Below, piece after piece: positions 1 to 9,303 of a DNA stretch of 64,000 bases (positions are counted from its first letter, which is position 1; each line of letters opens with the position of its first letter). The position numbers and the translations under genes were made by a program. Source of the stretch: a virus (Duplodnaviria > Caudoviricetes); the IMG/VR virus record IMGVR_UViG_3300033068_001747, one strand, 5' to 3'. Below the pieces are notes generated by a model, which saw only the letters and a list, made by a program, of their open reading frames with translations, was not told the origin of the DNA and ran no database searches.

Positions 1-218
1 TAGATATGTTTATCCAATGGTTTATACTCTGCATAAAACTCGGTAGGTTTTGTATACCACTTATGTTCTGGCTTATCAATTCTATAATAGGAAATATAAC
101 CTGGCTTATCAGGATTTAATATAAATATTTTCTGACCTTTATCATTGATCCATTTTGTACCAAATTCTGGTAACTCCTGTGTTGATTCAAATATCTTAAA
201 CTTTTTTAGAAACTGCAT
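1..218 (-). CDS. Partial hypothetical protein with N-terminal MKxLKxF-type motif (MQFLKKFKIFES)
   Basis: ATG at 218 on minus strand, open to the window edge; TAATATATA upstream (238-246). Confidence 0.6.
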   Translation of the reverse strand, partial: MQFLKKFKIFESTQELPEFGTKWINDKGQKIFILNPDKPGYISYYRIDKPEHKWYTKPTEFYAEYKPLDKHI

Positions 219-269
219 TATAAAAATTACTTTTTTGTATATATTAAAAATTAAATGTAACTTTGTAAA

Positions 270-551
270 ATGAGAAATAAATTTGACCTTAATAAACCTG
301 TTTATCATAAATCTTATGGTAAAATGACTATCGAACGATACTTAGAAGCCAATTTAGATGAACCAGATACAGAAAATCAATATGATTGTGAGTATGGTTA
401 TGAAAATATCTGGGTAGGTGATAGACCAAAATTTAAAAGAAATACATCACTTTTTAAAGAATCAGATTTAATGTCAGAAGAAGATTACAACGCTTGGTTA
501 CTATCAAATAAAAGAGAAGAAACATTGAAAAATATATTAAAAGATACCTAA
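270..551 (+). CDS. Hypothetical protein with C-terminal R-x-x-x-L tag (KREETLKNIL)
   Basis: ORF track; TAACTTTG promoter element just upstream. Confidence 0.7.
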   Translation: MRNKFDLNKPVYHKSYGKMTIERYLEANLDEPDTENQYDCEYGYENIWVGDRPKFKRNTSLFKESDLMSEEDYNAWLLSNKREETLKNILKDT

Positions 552-583
552 TTTTAATATATAATGAAAAATAAATTCCTACG

Positions 584-967
584 ATGAAAAAAACACTAAT
601 CAATTGCAAGATTACTTATCAACAAGAATCACTTAAAAACACTTTAACTGCAATTTTTTATGAACATTCGAGGAATAAATTTATTAAACTTCATGGTAAA
701 ATCTCAACAGAACTAACTCAAGATTTACATCACAGAAGTTCACACATTTCACAACTAGATTTTACCAACTTCAAAGAAGATGTAGAACCAACAGAAGAAG
801 AATTAGTAAAAATTTATCAAGAACTACTTTCAAAGAAAAATTCTGGTAACTCTTTAAGATATAAAGTATCTAAACTTGAAGACTTTGAAATAAAAGCATT
901 TGAACTTTTATCAGAAAAATTAACTTCATATTTTAGAAATGAAAAATTAAATTCTATTGGAGTTTAA
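584..967 (+). CDS. Hypothetical protein, C-terminal tag FRNEKLNSIGV
   Basis: ORF track. Confidence 0.7.
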   Translation: MKKTLINCKITYQQESLKNTLTAIFYEHSRNKFIKLHGKISTELTQDLHHRSSHISQLDFTNFKEDVEPTEEELVKIYQELLSKKNSGNSLRYKVSKLEDFEIKAFELLSEKLTSYFRNEKLNSIGV

Positions 968-993
968 ATTTTTTATTTCGTATATTTGTTATT

Positions 994-1371
994 ATGGAAG
1001 AAATAATAGGAAATATGGAACATACAGAAGTGAGTAGAACACTTATTGACCGAATACTTGGTCGAAAAAAAGACATTGATAAGATTGTTAAAGTTAGAAA
1101 ACAAATCATTACAATTAAAAAAAGTTTTAATGATGCTAAACTAACTAGACGTGTAGGTACATTTGATAATGTATATTATAAAATGTTTACCTTAATGAAC
1201 GAAAGTGTAATGGATGAAAAATTAGTTTATATGAACTTAGGCGGTGAAATACTATTAAAGAAACTAACTGATACAAGAGACGAACTTGTCGAACTTTTGA
1301 AGAGTGTCATCGATATATCAGATATACAGAAAGAGATTAGAGAAGATAAACTTAAATCAATTGGAATATAA
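994..1371 (+). CDS. Hypothetical protein, C-terminal tag IREDKLKSIGI
   Basis: ORF track; TATATTTG upstream. Confidence 0.7.
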   Translation: MEEIIGNMEHTEVSRTLIDRILGRKKDIDKIVKVRKQIITIKKSFNDAKLTRRVGTFDNVYYKMFTLMNESVMDEKLVYMNLGGEILLKKLTDTRDELVELLKSVIDISDIQKEIREDKLKSIGI

Positions 1372-1700
1372 TGGATAAAACAAGTGAAATAGTTTTCAAC
1401 GGAAAGTTTGAAAAAGGTATGATCTTTCAAGAAATGTTGACATTTTGGCTAGGTATATTAGATATAACCGATGATGGTGTAATAATTACATTACAAGGTA
1501 ATCGTATTAAGGAAATGAAACTAAAGAAATATACCAAAGATGAACTTATTACTTTTATGAAGTACGAAACAATTGATAATAAGTGTTGGTTAGATTATAG
1601 AAGTACTGAACCTGATAGAGTACGAGATTGGTTTATACAAAAAGTAGAACACGATTCAATAGAAAATCGAAGAGATATAAAAATTGATTTATTGACATAA
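1371..1700 (+). CDS. Hypothetical protein, C-terminal tag RRDIKIDLL
   Basis: ORF track; TAATG overlap with previous gene. Confidence 0.7.
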   Translation: MDKTSEIVFNGKFEKGMIFQEMLTFWLGILDITDDGVIITLQGNRIKEMKLKKYTKDELITFMKYETIDNKCWLDYRSTEPDRVRDWFIQKVEHDSIENRRDIKIDLLT

Positions 1701-1802
1701 AAAAATAAAATCCACTAAACAAAAGTGGATTTTTTTATATATATCAAGAACAAATTAAAAATATGGACTGAATTAGCTTTCGGTTCAAAAAAAAAATTCT
1801 TT

Positions 1803-2678
1803 ATGCAAAACACTTTAATGTACAATTCTCTAGTTCAAAAACTAAGAGAATTTTTTTTGGAAAAAAACTTCGTAGAAGTTCCAACACAACCTAGATTATC
1901 AATCTTAGCAGCTTGTGAAAACCCTCACTCTGTTGCTACCTATGAATGGAATGGCTTAGTATGGCCTTTACCACAAACAGGACAAATGCACTTAGAAGTA
2001 GAACTTCTTAAAAATCCACAATGGGACGGTGTATTCTGTATAACAACTTCTTACCGTGCTGAGAAAAATCCAATCCCTGGAAGACACGAAACAATTTTCC
2101 CAATGTTTGAATTTGAATCAAAAGGTGGAATCGAAGAATTGAAAAAACTTGAAGCTGAACTTTTAGTTTACTTAGGATTCGGAGAACCAGTTGAAAGAAA
2201 ATATGACGATTTATGTGAAGAGTACGGTGGTGTACAAATCTTAGAAGACGAACATGAATCAAGAATGTGGAAAGAATTAGGACATTGTGTTTCTTTACAA
2301 CAATTTCCACTAAGAACAAATCCTTTCTGGAATATGCTACCAGTTGGTGACGGTACATTCAACAAAATTGACATTATCTTATTCGGTCAAGAAACAATAG
2401 GATCTGCAGAAAGAAGTTGTGATGTTGCTAGAATGAGAGAACTTTTCCATACAATTGAAAATGGTGCTTATGCTGCTAAATTATTTGAATTATTTGGTCA
2501 AGAAAGAGTAGAGAAGGAATTAGAAGACTTCTTTAGTTTAGATTTCATACCAAGATATGGTGCAGGAATCGGTCTAACAAGATTAGCAAGAGCAATGGAA
2601 CTTCTAATCGAAGATAATCAAAAAGTAGCAGAAGAGTTAAATCTTCTAAATAAAAAAGTTACAGAAGTATATTCATAA
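1803..2678 (+). CDS. Class IIb (Asn/Asp) aminoacyl-tRNA synthetase-like protein, catalytic domain only
   Basis: Motif 1 (FVEVPT), motif 2 (SYRAE...RH...FPMFEFE), ETIGSAER, motif 3 (GAGIGLTRL); no N-terminal OB-fold; likely start ATG 1803. Confidence 0.8.
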   Translation: MQNTLMYNSLVQKLREFFLEKNFVEVPTQPRLSILAACENPHSVATYEWNGLVWPLPQTGQMHLEVELLKNPQWDGVFCITTSYRAEKNPIPGRHETIFPMFEFESKGGIEELKKLEAELLVYLGFGEPVERKYDDLCEEYGGVQILEDEHESRMWKELGHCVSLQQFPLRTNPFWNMLPVGDGTFNKIDIILFGQETIGSAERSCDVARMRELFHTIENGAYAAKLFELFGQERVEKELEDFFSLDFIPRYGAGIGLTRLARAMELLIEDNQKVAEELNLLNKKVTEVYS

Positions 2679-2708
2679 AAAAAAAGAGAGACGAAAGTCT
2701 CTCTTTTT
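2679..2708 (+). terminator. Intrinsic terminator
   Basis: agagagac-gaaa-gtctctct hairpin flanked by A and T tracts. Confidence 0.75.
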
Positions 2709-2753
2709 CATTTTTTAATAATAATATATAAGTTATAAAAAAAAAATGAAAAA

Positions 2754-3239
2754 ATGATTTATTTAAAAACTTTTGAAAAATATTCGGTTACTGAAGCAAA
2801 TTTTAAAGATAAGCTTTACAATGCAAGTACCATTATAACTGGAAAGCCAATGACTTGGGAAATAAACAAAGAAAAAAATGAAAGACTTACTAGAGAAGTT
2901 GCACAAATTCTTATAGATAGAGGATATAATCTAAATGAAGAAGGTGGAACTATGACAGATGGTTCAGAAATTTGGTCACTTCAAGATCAAGGAATGCAAC
3001 CAATTGTCTTTAAAGCCAAACCTGATTACTATGATAAAAGCATATTACAAATTGTAGTTAGTTTTTATTTCCCAAACAGAGAACATAGTGGTGAAAGTGA
3101 AATAATTGATATAGATGAAAATGACTTAGAAAGAACTGCAGATAAAGTATCAGAAGTTCTTGAAAGACTTAGAGCATTAGGTCATAGAGGTAATACATTT
3201 AGTAAACAAGGTAGTATTAAACTTCGACTTGAAGACTAA
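2754..3239 (+). CDS. Hypothetical protein with N-terminal motif MIYLKTFE
   Basis: ORF track; TAATATATA upstream. Confidence 0.7.
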   Translation: MIYLKTFEKYSVTEANFKDKLYNASTIITGKPMTWEINKEKNERLTREVAQILIDRGYNLNEEGGTMTDGSEIWSLQDQGMQPIVFKAKPDYYDKSILQIVVSFYFPNREHSGESEIIDIDENDLERTADKVSEVLERLRALGHRGNTFSKQGSIKLRLED

Positions 3240-3240
3240 T

Positions 3241-3268
3241 AAAAAGAGAGACGAAAGTCTCTTTTTTT
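3241..3268. terminator. Bidirectional terminator between convergent genes
   Basis: gagac-gaaa-gtctc hairpin with A and T tracts. Confidence 0.7.
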
Positions 3269-3689
3269 ATTTTTTATAACTAATCATTAAACCTAATCCC
3301 CATAGACTAGTATTCTCAACATTATCTTTAATAACTTGTTCTAATTTATAAAATTTGAAACCATTATGACTATCATCAGTATTAAAAAAAACTTCACCAA
3401 CTTGACCATTTCCCGAAAAATTATCCAACTCATATCTTCTTTCTAACATCTGTAAAAATGGAATATAATAATTCTTTACATCATTCCAATAAAATAGATC
3501 ATATTCTTCTTGCCTTGGTAAATTAAGATTTATCTTAAAAACTCTGATGTCTTTTCTCCAAGTATCTTCATAAACATCAATCTCATATCCCTCATCCAAA
3601 AGATAAGCTAAAGAGCTATTACAGAAATCTTTTAACTCTTCTACTTCATCAGGTTGTAAATCTTCATTAAATCTTTTTAAAAATCTCAT
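3267..3689 (-). CDS. Hypothetical protein, LAYLLD paralog family, N-terminal motif MRFLKRFNE
   Basis: Shares D[FY]C-x3-LAYLLD and W-x2-[VI]K-x-Y-x-IPF with 7730 and 18065 ORFs. Confidence 0.7.
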   Translation of the reverse strand: MRFLKRFNEDLQPDEVEELKDFCNSSLAYLLDEGYEIDVYEDTWRKDIRVFKINLNLPRQEEYDLFYWNDVKNYYIPFLQMLERRYELDNFSGNGQVGEVFFNTDDSHNGFKFYKLEQVIKDNVENTSLWGLGLMISYKK

Positions 3690-3707
3690 ATACTATATAT
3701 TAAGATT

Positions 3708-3890
3708 TTATTTTAATAACTTATCAATCTTTTGATCCCTAATATAAGCTAAACTATTTCTATAAATTTTTTCAATTGTATTTTGTGGATCATAACCATA
3801 CTTCTGTAAATCCATAATTTGTTCTCTTGTTAAAGGTAAAGTAATACCATTACAAACTACCATATGGTTATCATCAAACTCTATTTTCAC
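3708..3890 (-). CDS. Small hypothetical protein, C-terminal tag IRDQKIDKLL
   Basis: ORF track. Confidence 0.6.
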   Translation of the reverse strand: MKIEFDDNHMVVCNGITLPLTREQIMDLQKYGYDPQNTIEKIYRNSLAYIRDQKIDKLLK

Positions 3891-4690
3891 TATTTCTCTT
3901 TATTTTTATATATGGAATATGGATCCCATTTCTCATCATACCAAAAAGTTCTACCTGTATTATCTTTACAAGATAAACCTTTCTGATAAAAAACCCACTT
4001 CTTAAATTCTTCATAATCAGAATCAAATGGATTAGTCCAATCTGACAACTGACCACCATTTAAGGTATAAGCTTTAATCGGAATATCTCTACAAAAGTCT
4101 AATATATCTGGATTCTCCATAATAATAGTTCTAGCACATTCAAATGGGTTTACATTTATGTAATAAAGAATTGTAGAACGTAAATAATTACCAATTCCAT
4201 TGAAATACTTTTGATCTAAAAGAGCTTCACAAATTGGTTTATCAAATGCTTTTAGTTTTAAGTTTACTAAAACATTTCTTTTAAATTCATCAAATTGTTT
4301 AGTAGGATCTGGTCCACGTTTTACACCAGTAAAAGCACCTAATCGGTATTTTGGTCCCATATATGAACCATAAAGTAATAAAGAATTACCATCATCTGTA
4401 TCTAACCTCATTCTAACAAACTTGGTATCATTCCAATTTTCAGTGGGAACAAATTTCCAATTTCCAGACATACCCATAAATACAGAGAAGTCTAATGTTT
4501 TTGTATCATTTTTAGTTTTTAACTGTAGTTCTTTACCAAAAGAATTGGCGACTACTTCAAAATTTTCAATCAACTCTGAGTCGATTGGGTTATTACCTTT
4601 TTCAACGTGATATAATTTTGTAAACTTTCTTTCTTTTGAATGATGATTTATATAATCACTCATAATTCGTAACTCAGGTCCTTCAGGCAT
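3890..4690 (-). CDS. nei: Fpg/Nei family DNA glycosylase (endonuclease VIII, NEIL1-like)
   Basis: N-terminal PEGPE, GKEL, MGMSG, H2TH LLDQKYFNGIGNYL, zincless finger GRTFW. Confidence 0.9.
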   Translation of the reverse strand: MPEGPELRIMSDYINHHSKERKFTKLYHVEKGNNPIDSELIENFEVVANSFGKELQLKTKNDTKTLDFSVFMGMSGNWKFVPTENWNDTKFVRMRLDTDDGNSLLLYGSYMGPKYRLGAFTGVKRGPDPTKQFDEFKRNVLVNLKLKAFDKPICEALLDQKYFNGIGNYLRSTILYYINVNPFECARTIIMENPDILDFCRDIPIKAYTLNGGQLSDWTNPFDSDYEEFKKWVFYQKGLSCKDNTGRTFWYDEKWDPYSIYKNKEK

Positions 4691-4857
4691 ATTCTTTTTA
4701 TTTTTTCTCTTCGTTTATTTTTTCTCATATTTTTCTTAGCTAACTTCTTTAATCTATAAGCCATAACATGATAAGACGATAATGTTTCATCATCTAAATA
4801 TGTTTTATCACCTATCAGATCAAGATGATCAATTATTACTGGTTTATATTCTTTCAT
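4660..4857 (-). CDS. Small hypothetical protein
   Basis: ORF track; overlapping operon context. Confidence 0.5.
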   Translation of the reverse strand: MKEYKPVIIDHLDLIGDKTYLDDETLSSYHVMAYRLKKLAKKNMRKNKRREKIKRICLKDLSYEL

Positions 4858-5300
4858 TTGAATAAATCTTTTATTATAAAATCTCTTTTAATACTTAATG
4901 GTAATAAGTTTATAATTTGTTTTTTACTAACTATCTTAGCGGCTGTACCAAAACTACCATTAAAGTTATATAATTCGGTTAAATCATTTCTCAATGAGAA
5001 TCCATATGCAGTTTTCTTAGTTTTATTAAAATTATCTTGTAAATAAACCTTATCAACTACATTATTTCTAACCATAATCCAAATTATATATTGTTCATTA
5101 AATACCAATTTCCAATGTGAATCTTGTTTTGGATGTATTTTTTTTTCTTTTACCTGAACATACCTACCTGTTTTATTATCAATTACATGCTTAGTAGTAT
5201 GATCATCCAGTATCATAGCTTCTCCATCATTATATGGATTTGGCTTATGAAAAGGTATTTTAGTAAATCCTAACTCTCGTAACTTTTTAGTTGCATTCAT
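4854..5300 (-). CDS. Hypothetical protein, C-terminal tag KRDFIIKDLF
   Basis: ORF track. Confidence 0.65.
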   Translation of the reverse strand: MNATKKLRELGFTKIPFHKPNPYNDGEAMILDDHTTKHVIDNKTGRYVQVKEKKIHPKQDSHWKLVFNEQYIIWIMVRNNVVDKVYLQDNFNKTKKTAYGFSLRNDLTELYNFNGSFGTAAKIVSKKQIINLLPLSIKRDFIIKDLFK

Positions 5301-5319
5301 AAAACAAATATAGTAATAA

Positions 5320-5967
5320 TTATATAAAAATTAAATTATTTCGCTTAATATCTCTATTAATTTTACTACAAAGTGGACGTAAGTTTGTATAATGATTTAA
5401 TTTAATTATATCTTCCTCTGTTTTAGCAGAGGATATGGGTATAATGTGATCTATATCCCAACCATAATTAAACTCTCCATTATATAAACCTCTATTTTCC
5501 CAAGTCATCCAACACTCAAATTTACCTTCTATATAAATCATAAATTCTGTAACACTACAACCTAATATAAATTCAGTCTTTGAATTTTTTCTAATACCTT
5601 TTCTCTTAAAAGAATTACTTACTAAATTTCTAGCTAACTTATTAAATCTAAAAAAATCATCTTTAATTTTCTCTCTGTATTCAATTCTTCTTTTCTCTTT
5701 ATTCTCTTCCTTTTCTCTATATTTTTTAAGATAAAGTATTTTCTCCTCTCTATTAATGATACTATACTCCTTTACTTTACTTAATTTATATTCTCTATTA
5801 TTTCTATACTTCTCCTTCTCCTTCTCACTATCATAGTACTTTTCTTTATTATATAGATTATGACAGGTTTTACAATTTGGTCTAATACCATCTTTATACT
5901 TTTTACCAATCGGAAATAAATCAAAACTCTTTTCAATATTACATGTCTTACATACCTTTGTTAACAT
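5320..5967 (-). CDS. HNH-type endonuclease (putative free-standing homing endonuclease)
   Basis: N-terminal CxxC pairs; WDIDHIIP...NLRPL HNH-like motif. Confidence 0.7.
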   Translation of the reverse strand: MLTKVCKTCNIEKSFDLFPIGKKYKDGIRPNCKTCHNLYNKEKYYDSEKEKEKYRNNREYKLSKVKEYSIINREEKILYLKKYREKEENKEKRRIEYREKIKDDFFRFNKLARNLVSNSFKRKGIRKNSKTEFILGCSVTEFMIYIEGKFECWMTWENRGLYNGEFNYGWDIDHIIPISSAKTEEDIIKLNHYTNLRPLCSKINRDIKRNNLIFI

Positions 5968-6153
5968 TTTCTAATTTTATTTTTTCTCTTCTAATATATT
6001 TTTTCTCACAAGATTTACAATTTCTATTACAGAATTTTTTATTTGGTCTACCTATAATATTATTATAACAGTTTCTATACTCACACTTTCTATCCATATA
6101 CTATATATAAATAAACTTGTCCTACCTTTTTAATATAAATTAAAAAAAGATGT

Positions 6154-7083
6154 ATGGAAAAAGTTAAATGTATTATTATAGGATCAGGACCTGCAGGGTA
6201 TACCGCCGCAATTTATGCAGCAAGAGCAAATATGAAACCTGTTTTATATCAAGGGATGCAACCTGGTGGACAACTAACAACAACTAATGAAGTTGAAAAT
6301 TATCCTGGATTTCCAAATGGAATAACAGGACCAGAAATGATGCAACAATTTGAGGAACAAGCTAAACGATTTGGAACAGATATAAGAGATGGTTTTGTAA
6401 CTAAAGTAGATTTTAGTGGAGACATTAAAAAAGTCTTTGTAAACGAAAAAGAAATACATTGTGATACTGTTATCATATCTACAGGAGCCACTGCTAAGTA
6501 CTTAGGATTAGAATCAGAACAAAAATACCTTACTTTAGGTGGAGGTGTTAGTGCTTGTGCTATTTGTGATGGATTCTTTTACAAAGGTTTAGATGTAGTT
6601 GTAGTTGGAGCAGGGGATTCTGCTTGTGAAGAAGCTCACTACTTATCAAAAATCTGTAATAAAGTAACTATGTTAGTAAGAAGTGATTTTAGAGCTTCTA
6701 AGATTATGGTTGATAGAGTTAGAAATACTGAGAATATAGAAATACTTTTAAATACTGAAACTATAGAAGTTTGTGGTGACGGTCAAGTAGTAAATAAAAT
6801 CATTGTTAAGAATAGTAAAACTGAAGAAGTATCTGAAATACCTGCAGCTGGATTCTTTTTAGCGATTGGTCATAAACCAAACACAGATATATTTAAAGAT
6901 TATTTAAAATTAGATTCTGTTGGATATATTGTTACTGAACCAGGAAGTACAAAAACAAATGTAGCAGGAGTATTTGCGGCAGGTGATGTTGCGGATCATG
7001 TTTATAGACAAGCTATTACTGCTGCAGGAACAGGTTGTATGGCCGCTTTAGATGCAGAAAGATACTTAGCAAGTTTGGAATAG
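6154..7083 (+). CDS. trxB: Thioredoxin-disulfide reductase
   Basis: GSGPAGYTAAIY, GGQLTTT, CAIC redox motif, GAGDSA, FAAGDV. Confidence 0.97.
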   Translation: MEKVKCIIIGSGPAGYTAAIYAARANMKPVLYQGMQPGGQLTTTNEVENYPGFPNGITGPEMMQQFEEQAKRFGTDIRDGFVTKVDFSGDIKKVFVNEKEIHCDTVIISTGATAKYLGLESEQKYLTLGGGVSACAICDGFFYKGLDVVVVGAGDSACEEAHYLSKICNKVTMLVRSDFRASKIMVDRVRNTENIEILLNTETIEVCGDGQVVNKIIVKNSKTEEVSEIPAAGFFLAIGHKPNTDIFKDYLKLDSVGYIVTEPGSTKTNVAGVFAAGDVADHVYRQAITAAGTGCMAALDAERYLASLE

Positions 7084-7087
7084 TAAA

Positions 7088-7537
7088 ATATATTTTGTAA
7101 TTTTACATAAAGGCTCGTTCGCACCCATGCACATAGGCCACTTAAATATAATTGAAAAAGCTGAAAGAATTTTCGGTAAAGGAAATGTTATAGTTGCAAT
7201 TGGAGTAAATCCCGATAAAAACTATTTAGAAAGACAAGATCCAAAAGAACTTGAAAAGACTATAAATCGTCCTGTTATTACTTATGCTAAGTTTCTACAC
7301 GAACTTGTAGAAGATTATGAGAAAGAAGGTTTAAAAGTAGTTATAATCAGAGGATTAAGAAATGGTACTGATTTAGATTATGAAGTAAATCAATTTAGAT
7401 TTATAAACGACTTTAAGAAAGATATAAACGTAGTTTATATTACTTGTGACCAAGAATTTGAACATATTTCTTCTTCTGCAATTAGAAAGATTGAACAATT
7501 TGGTGGACCAGATATGGTAAAAAAATATCTTTTATAA
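7088..7537 (+). CDS. coaD: Phosphopantetheine adenylyltransferase-like protein (start uncertain)
   Basis: GSFAPMHIGH, IIRGLRNGTDLDYE, HISSSAIR; the GSF motif lies upstream of the first ATG (7127). Confidence 0.7.
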   Translation: MYFVILHKGSFAPMHIGHLNIIEKAERIFGKGNVIVAIGVNPDKNYLERQDPKELEKTINRPVITYAKFLHELVEDYEKEGLKVVIIRGLRNGTDLDYEVNQFRFINDFKKDINVVYITCDQEFEHISSSAIRKIEQFGGPDMVKKYLL

Positions 7538-7740
7538 TGGTAGATTATATCGGTTGGTGTGAAGAATGTGCGGAGTTTAAAACTATAGTGATAGATACTG
7601 AAAAAAATTATAAAACTTCATATCACGAAGCAACATTTATGTGTAGTGAATGTACACAAAAACAAATAATAGAGAAAAGAGATAAAAAATTAAACCAGTT
7701 ACTAAAACGTAGCTGGTTTGATAAATTATTTAGAAATTAG
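7537..7740 (+). CDS. Small zinc-binding protein with C-terminal tag KRDKKLNQLL
   Basis: Two CxxC pairs. Confidence 0.65.
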   Translation: MVDYIGWCEECAEFKTIVIDTEKNYKTSYHEATFMCSECTQKQIIEKRDKKLNQLLKRSWFDKLFRN

Positions 7741-8179
7741 CAAATCTTTTAATTCTTTTTAGAAGGGTATCAGGTGTTTTATCTGTAACAGTTATATCAA
7801 TAACCCTAATCATACCTGGTTTTATTTTATCCTTAACTATAGAATTAAGTGAGTGACCAATCCAGGCTTGTTGTGTAGAATATGAACCATATTTGACTCC
7901 TTTCGAGTATTCATAGAAATAAATTCTTGAAACATCATAGTCTTTATCAAGCCTTTTAAGAAAAGGAATAATATAATCCTTTACATTATCCCAATTAAAT
8001 AGTTTATCGTTAGTATGTAAAGGTAGATTTCTTTCATTAGGATTATTAGAAATAATAACTGAAAACGTATTCTTTTTATCTTCACCTGTCATAACTACCT
8101 CAACTTGAAAGTCTTCTTGATCTAATAAATAAGCTAGATTTGTCTCACAATAATCTATAAGTTCATCCCATTTTCTCAC
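7730..8179 (-). CDS. Hypothetical protein, LAYLLD paralog family
   Basis: DYCETNLAYLLD...WDNVKDYIIPF. Confidence 0.65.
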   Translation of the reverse strand: MRKWDELIDYCETNLAYLLDQEDFQVEVVMTGEDKKNTFSVIISNNPNERNLPLHTNDKLFNWDNVKDYIIPFLKRLDKDYDVSRIYFYEYSKGVKYGSYSTQQAWIGHSLNSIVKDKIKPGMIRVIDITVTDKTPDTLLKRIKRFANF

Positions 8180-8181
8180 AA

Positions 8182-9240
8182 TTAAACATTTCTTTTATTT
8201 GAAAGATAATCAGTATAATTTGCTACAATTGAATTTACTTTTTTGAAGTCACGTGGAGTTTTACCAGTAAAATCAACATCTAAGTAAAATAAAAATTCAA
8301 AGAAATCTAAATTATATTTATTTATATCTCTTACAAGATTTTTATTATTTAAAACCTGAATTATTTTTTCTTGTGTGATTTTATCATTCATATCTTTTAG
8401 ATAACCGTTCTTGATCATCCATTTTTTTAGACCGTGAAATCTAACATAAACCTCCGCAGGTGAAGTTAAATACTTAGTATCTTTTTTATCATCAAACATT
8501 CCAGAAAACTGATTTTTGAAATCATCTTCTGCCTCTTTAAATACCTTTTTACCTTCTTCATCATGAACATCCTCATATTTAACATCCACTGCTAATTCAA
8601 CTAATTTTCTAGAGTAAAAGTCAATTTTTTCTTGTAATCTTTTCTTACCTTCAGGAGTTCCTAATACAATGTCCTTATCTAAAATATCAACTATATTTGT
8701 AAGTTCACTATAATCTTGACTATCAAATTCATCACCTCCTAAAATATCATCAACTAAATGTCTAAGTTCATGAATAATGATATGAGGTGCAGCAAATGAA
8801 CTAAGTTTCTTCTCATCAATTATAATTGCAGTAACTAATTGCATTTTCTCATTAAAGTGTCTAAAGTAACAAGCCATAGTACCTTCATTCTCACCAATTA
8901 TCTCCATTGTCTTACTATCAACACAAACAAACTTTATATCTTTAACAATAGATATGACTTTTTGTTTTTTGATAGAGTCAATATTATTAGTTGTTTCAAT
9001 ATCTTTGATTAGTTCTGCTCTAATCTTTTCAATAAAAGCACTCTCACTTTTTGAAGGTTGATTATTTATATCGTTTATTGTAGCATCTATTTCCTTACCT
9101 GTCATATGAGGTAAAGTTTTCTTACCAAAATAATGATTTATCCCAATTGCAATAGCTAATCCAACAATAAGTTGTTTCCAGGTTACTTCAACCTCGTTTT
9201 TTTCATTGAGTAACTCCTCACTAGATTTAATATGCTTCAT
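8182..9240 (-). CDS. Putative zincin-like metallopeptidase with TM segment
   Basis: HELRH (HExxH) and a downstream Glu; likely start MKHIKSSEE at 9240 after TAATATATA. Confidence 0.55.
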   Translation of the reverse strand: MKHIKSSEELLNEKNEVEVTWKQLIVGLAIAIGINHYFGKKTLPHMTGKEIDATINDINNQPSKSESAFIEKIRAELIKDIETTNNIDSIKKQKVISIVKDIKFVCVDSKTMEIIGENEGTMACYFRHFNEKMQLVTAIIIDEKKLSSFAAPHIIIHELRHLVDDILGGDEFDSQDYSELTNIVDILDKDIVLGTPEGKKRLQEKIDFYSRKLVELAVDVKYEDVHDEEGKKVFKEAEDDFKNQFSGMFDDKKDTKYLTSPAEVYVRFHGLKKWMIKNGYLKDMNDKITQEKIIQVLNNKNLVRDINKYNLDFFEFLFYLDVDFTGKTPRDFKKVNSIVANYTDYLSNKRNV

Positions 9241-9303
9241 AGTGTATATATTAAAATTTATTATTATATTTGCAACTAAACTTGAATTAAAAATATAAAT
9301 AAA

